Shown: piece after piece, positions 28,233 through 37,800 of the stretch | How the letters are laid out: each line of letters begins with the position of its first letter | Numbering within the stretch: position 1 is the stretch's first letter | Virus record (IMG/VR): IMGVR_UViG_3300049033_000019 | Span: 1-58,711 of that record | Strand: one strand, 5' to 3' | From: a virus | Taxonomy: Duplodnaviria > Caudoviricetes | DNA: 58,711 bases | Made by a program: the position numbers and the translations under genes | Notes under the pieces: model-generated | Told to the model about the DNA's origin: nothing | The model's input: the letters and a program-made list of their open reading frames with translations, nothing else | Databases searched by the model: none

Positions 28233-29523
28233 TACAGCAGTCCAGGTTAGGGATCTGAGCCACCAGGTTGACATAACGTTCGGTGCACCCACCAGAAGTG
28301 GAGCCCTGGGTCTGGCGTTCGATCACGATATTGAATCCAGAGAACAGCTCTGAGGTCCGGATGAACTCTCGGAAGCAACATACGGCCGTGTTGATCGACT
28401 GAACATCATAAATGTTCTGAATGAACGCTTCGTTGTTGATCGTGCAGTCACTGACTGTGGGAGCGCAACGTACGATCCCGATCCGAAACCCTACCGCCCA
28501 GGCTGGCCAGGCACAGGCGCCCTGAATCTGTCGGACGATGTCGTTGTCCGGGAACGACTCTGAGGACGGGTACACGTCCCGGAGCAGGACATAGGCCAGA
28601 CCCTGGCAGCACAGGTCAATCTGAGTTTCCGGGTCCACGTCATGTACGGGCTCAGTTCCCACCCGGTAGCAGCAGTGCTCCGGGGGGCTCGGATTGTCGG
28701 TTATGGCGGTGCAGAGACAGTTCAATAACTCAGCGGACAACTGAGATATGAACGTAGCCGAGTTTTGTGCCGTCCCGGAAATCTCACCAGTAAGCCCGAT
28801 GGTGACATCGCTGCTTCCAGTCAACTGTGGAACGGCGATCATCTCGCCGGTAGCTCCGACAGTTACCGCCGACGCCCCGGTTAGCTCAACCACACCCGAA
28901 GCCGTGAAGGTAAGGGTGAGCATGTAGCGGTCCTCAACCGCATCACCGGACCAGGTCACCTGAGGCGCCAAGGCCGCTGTTCCGCCATCGGTGCGGTAGC
29001 CAGCAAAGCCAACAACTCCGGTACTACCGGTCCCCTGAGGTCCAGCAGTGTTCAGGGCCGTGAAGCTGGCTGACCATACTGGAGTGTTCTGGTTAGCGGA
29101 GACGATGCCATGCAGGGCACCAAAAGCAATGACCAATTCCCCGGTGTCGGCCATGATCCCGGTGGAATGGGCAGGGGTGGAGTTGGCTAGTACTCCGTTG
29201 GCCTGCGTGGACGCGGTGGCATCGACAGCAAGACACTGATCCCAACGGGACCATTGAACCGCAGTGTTGTGATCACCCGTTGTGGTGATCGTGACAGTGG
29301 ATCCTTCACCACCAACAGCGAACCGGTAGAAGATATAGGAACCCTGGTTAGTGACCGCCGTAGTCCCGACCAGGAAGCCGGCCGGCGTAGAAACCACTGT
29401 GTTGCTGTTGACGCACAGGATGTCCAGGTCACCAACGGCCGGAGCAGACCCCAGATTGCACACATGACCCGCGTTCCCGTCAGCAAACGTGAACGTGTTC
29501 TGAGTCAGGAGTGTGGCCGCCAT
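28225..29523 (-). CDS. Virion protein: N-terminal beta-rich domain fused to a Cys-rich tail-terminator-like domain
   Basis: C-terminal CC.GLAYV...GIVRCAP...GGC pattern; synteny. Confidence 0.6.
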   Translation of the reverse strand: MAATLLTQNTFTFADGNAGHVCNLGSAPAVGDLDILCVNSNTVVSTPAGFLVGTTAVTNQGSYIFYRFAVGGEGSTVTITTTGDHNTAVQWSRWDQCLAVDATASTQANGVLANSTPAHSTGIMADTGELVIAFGALHGIVSANQNTPVWSASFTALNTAGPQGTGSTGVVGFAGYRTDGGTAALAPQVTWSGDAVEDRYMLTLTFTASGVVELTGASAVTVGATGEMIAVPQLTGSSDVTIGLTGEISGTAQNSATFISQLSAELLNCLCTAITDNPSPPEHCCYRVGTEPVHDVDPETQIDLCCQGLAYVLLRDVYPSSESFPDNDIVRQIQGACAWPAWAVGFRIGIVRCAPTVSDCTINNEAFIQNIYDVQSINTAVCCFREFIRTSELFSGFNIVIERQTQGSTSGGCTERYVNLVAQIPNLDCCNG

Positions 29524-29909
29524 CAGTCAGCAGTGATGTCCAGGGCTCCGACAGCGAACTCAGCCGGCTCCCCAGCCGCCACCACAACCGAGGATCCGAA
29601 GGCAGCCCAATGCCACCTCACGGCCGTCCCAGCCGAGTCCCAGATCTCGAATCCCACCACCGTGGCGGCAGGCATGTTGTCGAACCGGACCAGGTTGGTG
29701 TTCTGGGCTGGCCCACCTGAGGGAGCGGAGCCGAATGTGACGGACTGTGGGGTGTACGACCCGCCAACCACTTCGGTGCCGGCAGCGGCATCGCTACCGT
29801 TCGAGGTCATCAAGCGGACCATGAGCGGCAACGTTGGGGCAGTGGTGCTGTTACCGGTCAGCCAGTTGAGTACGTGCCCCTCGGTGACATTGGTCAAGCT
29901 CATGATCAT
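29523..29909 (-). CDS. Small virion structural protein
   Basis: EV.GGSY..QSVTF...IWDSA motif common in actinophage virion proteins. Confidence 0.65.
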   Translation of the reverse strand: MIMSLTNVTEGHVLNWLTGNSTTAPTLPLMVRLMTSNGSDAAAGTEVVGGSYTPQSVTFGSAPSGGPAQNTNLVRFDNMPAATVVGFEIWDSAGTAVRWHWAAFGSSVVVAAGEPAEFAVGALDITAD

Positions 29910-29912
29910 TCC

Positions 29913-30728
29913 TTAGGGGTACGTGACAGTTCGAGGAAGAGGCGGCCAGTCGGGAGACGCGATGTTCATCTTGCTAGGCAGCCGGTAGGGGTTGAATCTC
30001 AAGATCACTTGATCGACAGTCGGGATCCCTGTTAACCCGTCCCTGAGCAGAGCATCGATGTCTGACATGGACACAGACACCCCCTGCCGGGAGATGGAGG
30101 TGACCCGCTGCGGGAGCCGGCAGTCTGCCCCTGCGCAGGCTCTGGCCCACTCACAGGCCAGTTCACCGGCTGCCCGCAGCAGAACGTTGGGGACAGGTTG
30201 GCCCTTGAAGTATGTGACCTGGAAAAACGTGTCCCCGGAGTCAGTGTTGAAGTCCTGGCATTCTGGCCAGCAGTCACCGTCTGTACGAACTAGCCATTTA
30301 GAATCGTCAACACGCCAGGAATCAATCGGAATAATTTCTGAGCCGACGGTGATGCCGGTGGCAGGGATTGAGTAGATCGGGCTGGGCAGGTATACCTGGC
30401 ACCGGGGCTCACAGCTACAGCAGCCCAGGGTGGTGATGTCGCACCCGGAGCAGTTACGCCACACGCCCCCGAAGATGTACGGCATCCAGGTGCCGGCTGC
30501 CCAGTAGTAGCCGTACGGGGCGTTCGTGGCGCTACTGGAGCGGCCACAGGGCCGTACGGTCCGCTCACACAGCCCGAACCGGCGACCGGTGGCGGCCCAG
30601 ACGGTCAGCGCGCCGTACTCCATGGCGGCATCCTGAAGCGTCTCCGAATAGGTGTCCCACTCGGAGCAGCAGTCGACATTCACATCCCAGTTGCACGGCA
30701 GGGAGGGTGCCGAATCAGTGAAGACCAT
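29913..30728 (-). CDS. Head-to-tail adaptor
   Basis: WAATGRRFG.C...RPC...ELACE...CRLPQRVTSISRQGVS...TGIP.VD. Confidence 0.8.
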   Translation of the reverse strand: MVFTDSAPSLPCNWDVNVDCCSEWDTYSETLQDAAMEYGALTVWAATGRRFGLCERTVRPCGRSSSATNAPYGYYWAAGTWMPYIFGGVWRNCSGCDITTLGCCSCEPRCQVYLPSPIYSIPATGITVGSEIIPIDSWRVDDSKWLVRTDGDCWPECQDFNTDSGDTFFQVTYFKGQPVPNVLLRAAGELACEWARACAGADCRLPQRVTSISRQGVSVSMSDIDALLRDGLTGIPTVDQVILRFNPYRLPSKMNIASPDWPPLPRTVTYP

Positions 30729-30770
30729 GGCACCCTCCCTGGGTGTGCAGGAGATCTATCAGCCCAGATC

Positions 30771-31484
30771 CTAACCAGGAGTCAGGCTGTTGAGAGCAGT
30801 ACAGCCACAGGCCGAGTCGGGCGGTGGCTTCCTGCTCATGAACATACGCATGTGCTGAGTGGACAGGATCGGCGTCAGCAATGCAATGTCCGTCGTGGAG
30901 CCGGCTGGGTTGTCGGAGTAGTCCACGAAGTACGGACCAGTCCCCCAGGCGGAGCCGGCACTGGTGCGGGCGTTGACGACGAAGTTGGCGACCCCGTTCT
31001 CCAGGGTCATGTCGCCGATTGTGCCCTCCTTGACGAACGGCCACAGGAAGTAGCCGTACTCGGTACCGCCCGTACATGGTACGGACAGGCCACTGAGTCG
31101 AGTCCAGCCCTCCAGGGCAAAGTAGGAGCTGGCAGCCGACCCTTCCTGGGTGTTGAAGCCGGTGGCGATGGGCGAGGAGGCATCGTCGTAGACGAGTGGC
31201 TCCGCACTCATGATGTTGGCGGCCTCTGGATCCACGTTACAGAGGGTGACCACCAGGTTGATCCACTTCAGGATCGGTGGGTTGGTCTCCCGGACACAGA
31301 ACTGGCCGTCACCGTTCTTGACGAAGAACTCTTCCCGGTCCTCGTACTCCTTGGTCATTTCCACGGAAATGATGCCGTCGGTAACCACCGTGGAACAGGA
31401 ACCAGTGACCGGGCGACCACAGGAATCCAGTTGGGTGACTCGGATCCGAGGGATCTTGAAGGGGGTGTAGCAGCGCGAACTCAC
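30771..31484 (-). CDS. Major tail protein
   Basis: RVTQLDSCGRP...KNGDG.FC...LCNVDP...YFLWPFV pattern of actinophage tail tube proteins. Confidence 0.8.
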   Translation of the reverse strand: MSSRCYTPFKIPRIRVTQLDSCGRPVTGSCSTVVTDGIISVEMTKEYEDREEFFVKNGDGQFCVRETNPPILKWINLVVTLCNVDPEAANIMSAEPLVYDDASSPIATGFNTQEGSAASSYFALEGWTRLSGLSVPCTGGTEYGYFLWPFVKEGTIGDMTLENGVANFVVNARTSAGSAWGTGPYFVDYSDNPAGSTTDIALLTPILSTQHMRMFMSRKPPPDSACGCTALNSLTPG

Positions 31485-31663
31485 TTCTTCTTACCCCCCT
31501 TCTCCTCCACGGACTGGTACTTCTCGTACCGGTCCCACAGCTCATCCGGGACCACCAGAACCATGTCGGGTCCCTGGGTATCGGTCTTGACTTGCTTCGG
31601 GTTGTCCGCCAGGTCCAGCAGGATCCGCGCGACGACCGGATCAAAGTCCACACGCTTACTCAT
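31481..31663 (-). CDS. Small hypothetical virion-module protein
   Basis: 60 aa, overlap-coupled on both sides. Confidence 0.55.
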   Translation of the reverse strand: MSKRVDFDPVVARILLDLADNPKQVKTDTQGPDMVLVVPDELWDRYEKYQSVEEKGGKKK

Positions 31664-32517
31664 GTCGCTCCTGTCGTGGCGCAGGTTCTTGTTACTTGCG
31701 TGGTGAACACGGCGCACTCCACCAGGGCCAGGTACACCCGTTCCGCGATTGCGATCCGTTCGTTGCTGGACTGACGGAACACTTGGTCCAGGTTCGGGAT
31801 GTGGATTTCCGGGTCCTGCCAGACCAGCACCCGACCGGAGGCGTACATCCACTCAGTCGACCCATCAGCCGGCTGACCCGAGGGACCCGATCCGTCATAG
31901 CCCTGTCCGAACACGAACGGGGTACCGAGGCAGGTCTGGAGCCGGCGCCCGGTGGCGTACTGGATCTGGTGAGCCTGCTCCAGGTGAGCCGCCATACCGG
32001 GGCGGGCGTGGATCATCCCGCCGACGATGCCGTTGTCAGCTAGAGCTTGTTCCAGAAGCTCTACAGCCTCGGTAGCACAGTCCGCCGGCCCCACGTTCTG
32101 AGCGTTGCGGAACAGGCCAGTGATGGCTCCCTGGCCCTGGGCTAGGGTCTGGCCCTGCCATACGCGCCGTTCCACCGCCCGCTGCTCGTGCAGCGACATT
32201 CGCACCAGCGCCCGCTGCCGGATCTCCTCCTGGGTGATGCCTACGGCGCCACACAGGAAGCTGGTGATGACCGCGAACGGGCTACCGGACAGGGACGCTT
32301 CCATGACATCGAAGGTCTTGGAACCGGAGACAGCCGGGCACGACATGTCGTACAGGTAGACGTTGTTCTCGCACGTATCCGGCATGTACTGGATGCCGCC
32401 CCCAACGGCCTCCTCGACCGGGAACGGCATGGGACCCAGGGCAACGTCAAACAGACCGTACGGCCGCTGCGGCGGCGGTGGCGGCTCGATGAACTTCGGG
32501 CCGAAGAACGTGGCCAC
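31660..32517 (-). CDS. Second capsid protein (pentamer/minor capsid-like)
   Basis: Follows the major capsid gene; GTP.V.G.GY...W.YASG.V...N...AER motif. Confidence 0.7.
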   Translation of the reverse strand: MATFFGPKFIEPPPPPQRPYGLFDVALGPMPFPVEEAVGGGIQYMPDTCENNVYLYDMSCPAVSGSKTFDVMEASLSGSPFAVITSFLCGAVGITQEEIRQRALVRMSLHEQRAVERRVWQGQTLAQGQGAITGLFRNAQNVGPADCATEAVELLEQALADNGIVGGMIHARPGMAAHLEQAHQIQYATGRRLQTCLGTPFVFGQGYDGSGPSGQPADGSTEWMYASGRVLVWQDPEIHIPNLDQVFRQSSNERIAIAERVYLALVECAVFTTQVTRTCATTGAT

Positions 32518-32576
32518 TGGTCTCCTCCTAGCTCAGGTGGCCAATGGGGACCGGTTGCCCGGCCCCCTGGTCACGG

Positions 32577-34334
32577 CTAGCAGGTCACGTCTCGCTGGAG
32601 ACCGGTCTTACCGTTCGGGCAAATGGTGATCGTGTAGACACGCGATAGCGGACACATTCGCACCATCGCCCAACCCGTCTCCGTGAAGAGATGGGTGACC
32701 TGGTTGGTGGCCAGCTTCGTGCTGTCGTACACCGAGTTCAGGGTGATGACATCCGAAACCGCCCGGACCCAGGTACCGGCCGGGTAGACGATGAACGACA
32801 GCTCTGTCGGCAAAGCCGACAGAGCTGTGTCCGAGCCCGGGGAGCCGGAGGCGGCACAGGTGGCGAAAGCGTCCTGCCAGTCGTAGACGTACTGGGCCCG
32901 AGCCCCGCGACGAGCGAAGCCCTCCGAGATGGCCGAGTCGGCCAGCATGACCGAATCGCTCCAGCCACCGACGGCGTTGCGCCGTACCCAGTCCGCCCGC
33001 ATCTGGGCGAGGATCCAGTACGGCATGATGACTTCCAGCGTGGCCGACTGCTGAAGCCGCAGCCGGTACTTGATGTCCACGATGGCCATCTCGACCGCGC
33101 TCATGACCTGGCTGACCACGCTCAGGTCGGTGGCCCACGGGGCACCGGAGAGAGTGACAGCGGTCGAGTCGGCGATAACGTCGGCGATCTGCTCCCGGTT
33201 GACCTGGTGCGCGTGCGCGGCCAGAGCACCCCGGGTGAAGGTGGCGGTGTACTCCGGGTAGCCCCGGATCGCCAGGATGTTGCCAGTCAGGCACAGGCCC
33301 GTGACACCCAGTCGGGTGTCGACGAAGCTGGGGCAGGGGATCTCCAGACACGTCTTCGTCGTGCCGGAGGCGACCTGGGCTTCAGTCAGGTCGAAGAAGC
33401 CGGTCGGGCTGGAGCAGGAGCCGCCACCGAAGATCGAATCGAACTCGATGCCGGTGTTGTGCCGGATGCCGCCCCGGCGAGCTTGGACCTCGGGGAAGTC
33501 GGCCAGGCCGTCCGTGCTGATCTGGAGGCAGATGCTGTAGTCGGTCTCCGATGGGGCACACCAGCCCTGGGCGGCGACCAGAGAGTCGCGCTCCGGAGCG
33601 ATGGTGGCCAGCTCCTTCTGCCGGGCTTCGACCGCCCGGAGTAGGGAGCCGCCGGGCAGCCGGCGCTCGTTACCGATCTCCAGCAGCTTGGCGTAGTCGG
33701 TCTCATCGCCGTTGACCGAAAATTCGGTCGGGTAGTCCCGGACCAACTGGGCTACCGGGTAGGTCTGTACCGTGCCCTGGCTGCCACTGGGGCGGCGCAT
33801 GGCACCGTGGGCGAAGGAGCGGGCCTCGAACGCCTTGGCGATGTCCAGCATGCTGTCCAGGTGCTGGCCAGCCTCATAGTTAGGCACGCCGGCAGCAGCC
33901 ACGAGGGTGCTGTAGACGGGACGAGAGTCCTTCACTGGCATCTGCGGCGGTGGGGCCTTGTCCACGATGTCGCTGAGCTTGACATCGATGACGGCCTCGG
34001 AGCCGGAGCTGAAGGTTTGGGCCGGAGCTGGAGCTGGCGGGGGCGGTGGAGTAACGGGGTCGTCGCCTCCGTCGTCGCCGTCATCTGGCTCGTCCGGCTG
34101 GGTCTGGAGGGCCGAGAACCGGGTGCCTCGGTCCTGGCGCCGCTTCATTTCATCGGGAACGGAAACCCGGTAGAAGGTCTGAAGCTCCTCCAGGTCATCG
34201 AGCTGTTCATCGGTGACACTGTCACGGGAGACGGAAGCAAACAGAGCGTTGTACTCGACCTCTGCCTGCTTGGCTAGGTCAGCAAGGCCACTGGCACTGA
34301 ACTGACCAAGATCCTCAGGGATCTGGAAATCCAT
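32577..34334 (-). CDS. Major capsid protein (with N-terminal scaffold-like extension)
   Basis: LVAAQGWCAPSETDY, PEVQARRGG, CP.F.D.RL, YPAGTWV, DS..L.TN motifs. Confidence 0.9.
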   Translation of the reverse strand: MDFQIPEDLGQFSASGLADLAKQAEVEYNALFASVSRDSVTDEQLDDLEELQTFYRVSVPDEMKRRQDRGTRFSALQTQPDEPDDGDDGGDDPVTPPPPPAPAPAQTFSSGSEAVIDVKLSDIVDKAPPPQMPVKDSRPVYSTLVAAAGVPNYEAGQHLDSMLDIAKAFEARSFAHGAMRRPSGSQGTVQTYPVAQLVRDYPTEFSVNGDETDYAKLLEIGNERRLPGGSLLRAVEARQKELATIAPERDSLVAAQGWCAPSETDYSICLQISTDGLADFPEVQARRGGIRHNTGIEFDSIFGGGSCSSPTGFFDLTEAQVASGTTKTCLEIPCPSFVDTRLGVTGLCLTGNILAIRGYPEYTATFTRGALAAHAHQVNREQIADVIADSTAVTLSGAPWATDLSVVSQVMSAVEMAIVDIKYRLRLQQSATLEVIMPYWILAQMRADWVRRNAVGGWSDSVMLADSAISEGFARRGARAQYVYDWQDAFATCAASGSPGSDTALSALPTELSFIVYPAGTWVRAVSDVITLNSVYDSTKLATNQVTHLFTETGWAMVRMCPLSRVYTITICPNGKTGLQRDVTC

Positions 34335-34461
34335 TGGATGGGCCCTTTCGGGAGTCTGAATGCTCGCAACTCCCGGTGCGGCCCACAGCTTTCAGCCACC
34401 GGAACAAATATCCGTGTGTAAGGTCCGGCCCACAGCGCAGCAACCTTGATCGAGATAGTAA

Positions 34462-34626
34462 CTACTTTCGGGAGAAATCGCCACCACCGGCACGGGTGAT
34501 TGCTACCCGTGCCTCATGCTCGCTGTTGACGGTGAGGGTCTGGCCGTCCGGTAGCCGGACCTCGAACTGCTGCATGTTCTGGCCGGTGTTCACCGGATCC
34601 GAACTGCCCCCCCGGCACCCGCACAT
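34462..34626 (-). CDS. Small MCGC-type phage protein
   Basis: Manual translation MCGCRGGSSDPVNTGQNMQQFEVRLPDGQ...; GGAGGGGGAG RBS. Confidence 0.6.
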   Translation of the reverse strand: MCGCRGGSSDPVNTGQNMQQFEVRLPDGQTLTVNSEHEARVAITRAGGGDFSRK

Positions 34627-34639
34627 GGGACTCCCCCTC

Positions 34640-34792
34640 CTACATGAATTGAACCCATAGCCCCACGGTGAGGGCTACCATCCCAAACCAGCCTAAATGA
34701 ACGTTGGAAGGGTTCCCCCTGGGATATGTCATCCCCGCCAGGATAAACAGAACGATGGCAACGACGAAGCAGATGACCGTGATGAGATCCAT
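34640..34792 (-). CDS. Small 2-TM membrane protein
   Basis: Manual translation MDLITVICFVVAIVLFILAG...LGWFGMVALTVGLWVQFM; AGGAG RBS. Confidence 0.55.
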   Translation of the reverse strand: MDLITVICFVVAIVLFILAGMTYPRGNPSNVHLGWFGMVALTVGLWVQFM

Positions 34793-34800
34793 GTCAACTC

Positions 34801-37800
34801 CTATGTCCTAGCTGGCTCACGCATGATGCGGTCCAGTGCGTCCATGGCCTTCCGGATCGCTCGGTCGATCTCCAGCTTCCCTTCCATGCTCTCGTGGCGG
34901 TGGTTATACAGTTTTGTCCGTAGCGATTCCATGAGCCGCATAGCCTTTACCCGTTCATTGCTAAACGGACGCTTCATGGCCTCAGTCATCAGCTCCTGAA
35001 GCGCGTCCATCTCATTGAACGTGCCACCACTGTCGTTGGGTCGACGGCTGGTGCCTCGAGCCAATGGGATCTTGCTCAGATCTTCCATAAGCTGCCGGAT
35101 CGGAGCCGGGGTCTCTTCGGGCAGGCTTAATGGAGCCTTGGCCGGGGCGTCCAGTTCTGACACCATCCTGTCAATCTTGCGTCGAGCGCTGGAATCAGCC
35201 GGCAGCCGCTGACCAAGTGCCCGTAGTTGATCAATCAACTGCTCCTGGCTGATCTGTCCTCGTGCTGCCCGGGTGGCTAAACGACCAACGACGTTGGCCA
35301 GAGCATCTCCGTCTACTTCAAGTTTTTGGTCATCACCCATGGTGCGCAGAGTGGTACCGATGATGCCGTCAGCATGGAACCCGATCTCACCCTGTCCGAA
35401 GTCGCCCCATGTGTTTTCAATGATCGGCTTATCGGACATACGAGGGGCCGCAGCTTCTGTGGCCTTGGCTGACTGGACCACCTTCAGCGCTGGCCGTGTT
35501 GCCTTAGACGGTCCCCCACCAGCGCCACCGCCCTCAATGACCTTGAGCCGGGCAGCTCGCTGAGCCTGGGTCGTGGCCGGAGCCTCCGGAGCGCTGGGGG
35601 TGGCCTTCTTGGCCGGGGTCGATTTCTTGTCCTCCTGCTGTATCAGGGAGGCCACCCGACGCAGGTACTCGGCGTTGGACTTGCGGATGGACCGGAGGCT
35701 GTCCCGGTCATGTTCGACCTTGAACCGGCGACCCTCCTCACTCAGGTCAGCCTTGGCTACCTGAGCGGCCCGCTCCCGTAGCTCCCGAGCCACATCTGCG
35801 GACGAATCACCGGACCGGAGGCGGCGATCAGCGCGATCCACAGCCGACTGAACGTCACTGAAGTACTCACCCGGTTCAGGGATGTCAGCGTTCCGGGCTC
35901 GACGAGCCAGCGGGAGCTTATCGGCGGCGCGCCCCAGGCCACCCTCACCCGAGGCCGACGGTAGCTCCGGCTTGATCCGGTCCAGGATCTTGTTCCGTAG
36001 GTCCTGCTTGCTACGGCCCTTGAGCCCACCGAGCTGCTCCCCGACCCGGCGAAGCTCAGGCATCGTCAACCCGTCCAGGGCGGATTCACCCTGCTCCCTG
36101 CTCCGGGCCTTGCTTAGTTGGTCCAGGCGCTCGTTAATGAGCCGGGCTTCAGCGCTGTCAGCTCGGGTTTCGGCAGCCTTGACCTCGGGGGTGGCAGCCT
36201 TCTTCGCGGGCCGGCGCCGAGTCTTCTTCAGCCGCTCGGCCAGCTCCCGGATCTTGGTGACCTCAGCCTTGACCCGGTCATACTCGGCAGCATTCGCGGC
36301 CTTGCGCTCCCCCCTTTCCTCCGGGGTGAGGAGAGAGCTTTCGCTGTGCCAATTGCCCACCTCATAAACGGCTGTGGTCATGCGACTAGTGGCGCGGTCG
36401 TCTAGCTCAGATCCGATCTTGGCGGGGGACACCTTCCCCTCATCCATGTCCTTCTGTGCCTCGTCCAGGGTGCGCTTGACCCACGGATCATTCTCATCGA
36501 AATCGATCCCAGCCCCGATGGTCCGGACATCCAACTTCTCCCGGTCGGTGGGGATAGTGGGGGCAGCCTTCTTCGCGGCCTTAGCGGCTTTCTTGGCCGG
36601 GGCCTTCTTCGGGATCAGGCCACGCTCCCGGGCAACCTTCCCGGCCACCTGGCGGACCAGGTCCTGGAGCATCTCCTCCTTAGTCTCACCCTTCGGCGGG
36701 TCCAAGCCCTGCATCCGGGCAGCTTCACGGAGATCGTCCGGGGTGGCCTTCTGGAGCGCTTCGAAGCCTTCCGCATCCAGGTTGACCCGTACCTCAGCGA
36801 TGGTCGGCTTTTCGTCGCTGAGGTACATCCGCATGAACTTCGACGCCTTCTTCTGCGCGTCGATAGCACTCTGGAGCTTGGCTGCATCAGATTGGAGCCT
36901 GGTCCGCTGCTCCGGACTGAGGTCAGGCTGGCGCAGGTTGGCGTCGACCTCGTTCAGGTCCTCCTGGTTGAAGCTGATCTCACCTTCGATGCGGCGGACA
37001 CCCTCCTCAGGGGTGATCTTCCCGCTGGCTACGTCGTCTCGGATCTCTTTCAGGCTCCGGCCGGCAGCACCGTCAGCATCCAAGTCAGCTGCATCCCAGG
37101 CATCACCGAACTCACGCTTACGGGGTTCGTTACTGACGGGGGTCTGCGTACGGTCCCCCTTCACCGATCCCTCAGGGACCACCCGGGCACCACGTTCGGA
37201 CCGTTCGGCACCAGCCGCCTCCTTGGGGCTGGCTACTTCGACCGTGGCCCGGTCGAGCTGAATGTCCTCGTCACGCCACCTGGTGCTGCTGCCTGGACGG
37301 ACGATGTGAACCATCGTCCCTTCGGGGATGTCCCCAGCGATGCCCTTGTGCAGGCGCCGATTGAATGGCACCACGTCCCCGGCCTTGCCCTGGAGGGACA
37401 CATCATCGGCTGCAGTAATCCGGTCGACGAAGGAGCGTGCTCCATCCACATCCCCACGGCCGAGCATCTCGACGATAGCGTCAGCCCACTTAGCGTCGGA
37501 ACCTTCGGTGCCGAGACGGGCCCTGACCCTGGCACTGATCGCTTCAGCCGACGCTTCGTTAGCAACCAGCTCATCGAACTCTGCTGCCAGCCGTCCGTAC
37601 TTACGGCCACGATCAATCTTGGCCTGACGGTTACGGGCTACCTCAACGGAGTCCTCTGGAGCCAAGGGGACGGCCTCAGGGCGAGCTTCCGTGAAGCCAC
37701 GAGTAGCAATGGAGTCACGGCGACTGCCTACCGTCGCCTCAACAATCTCCCGTTGCAGTTCTGGCTTCGTCAGAGTGGTACGGCGCGGGATCTCCAGCTC

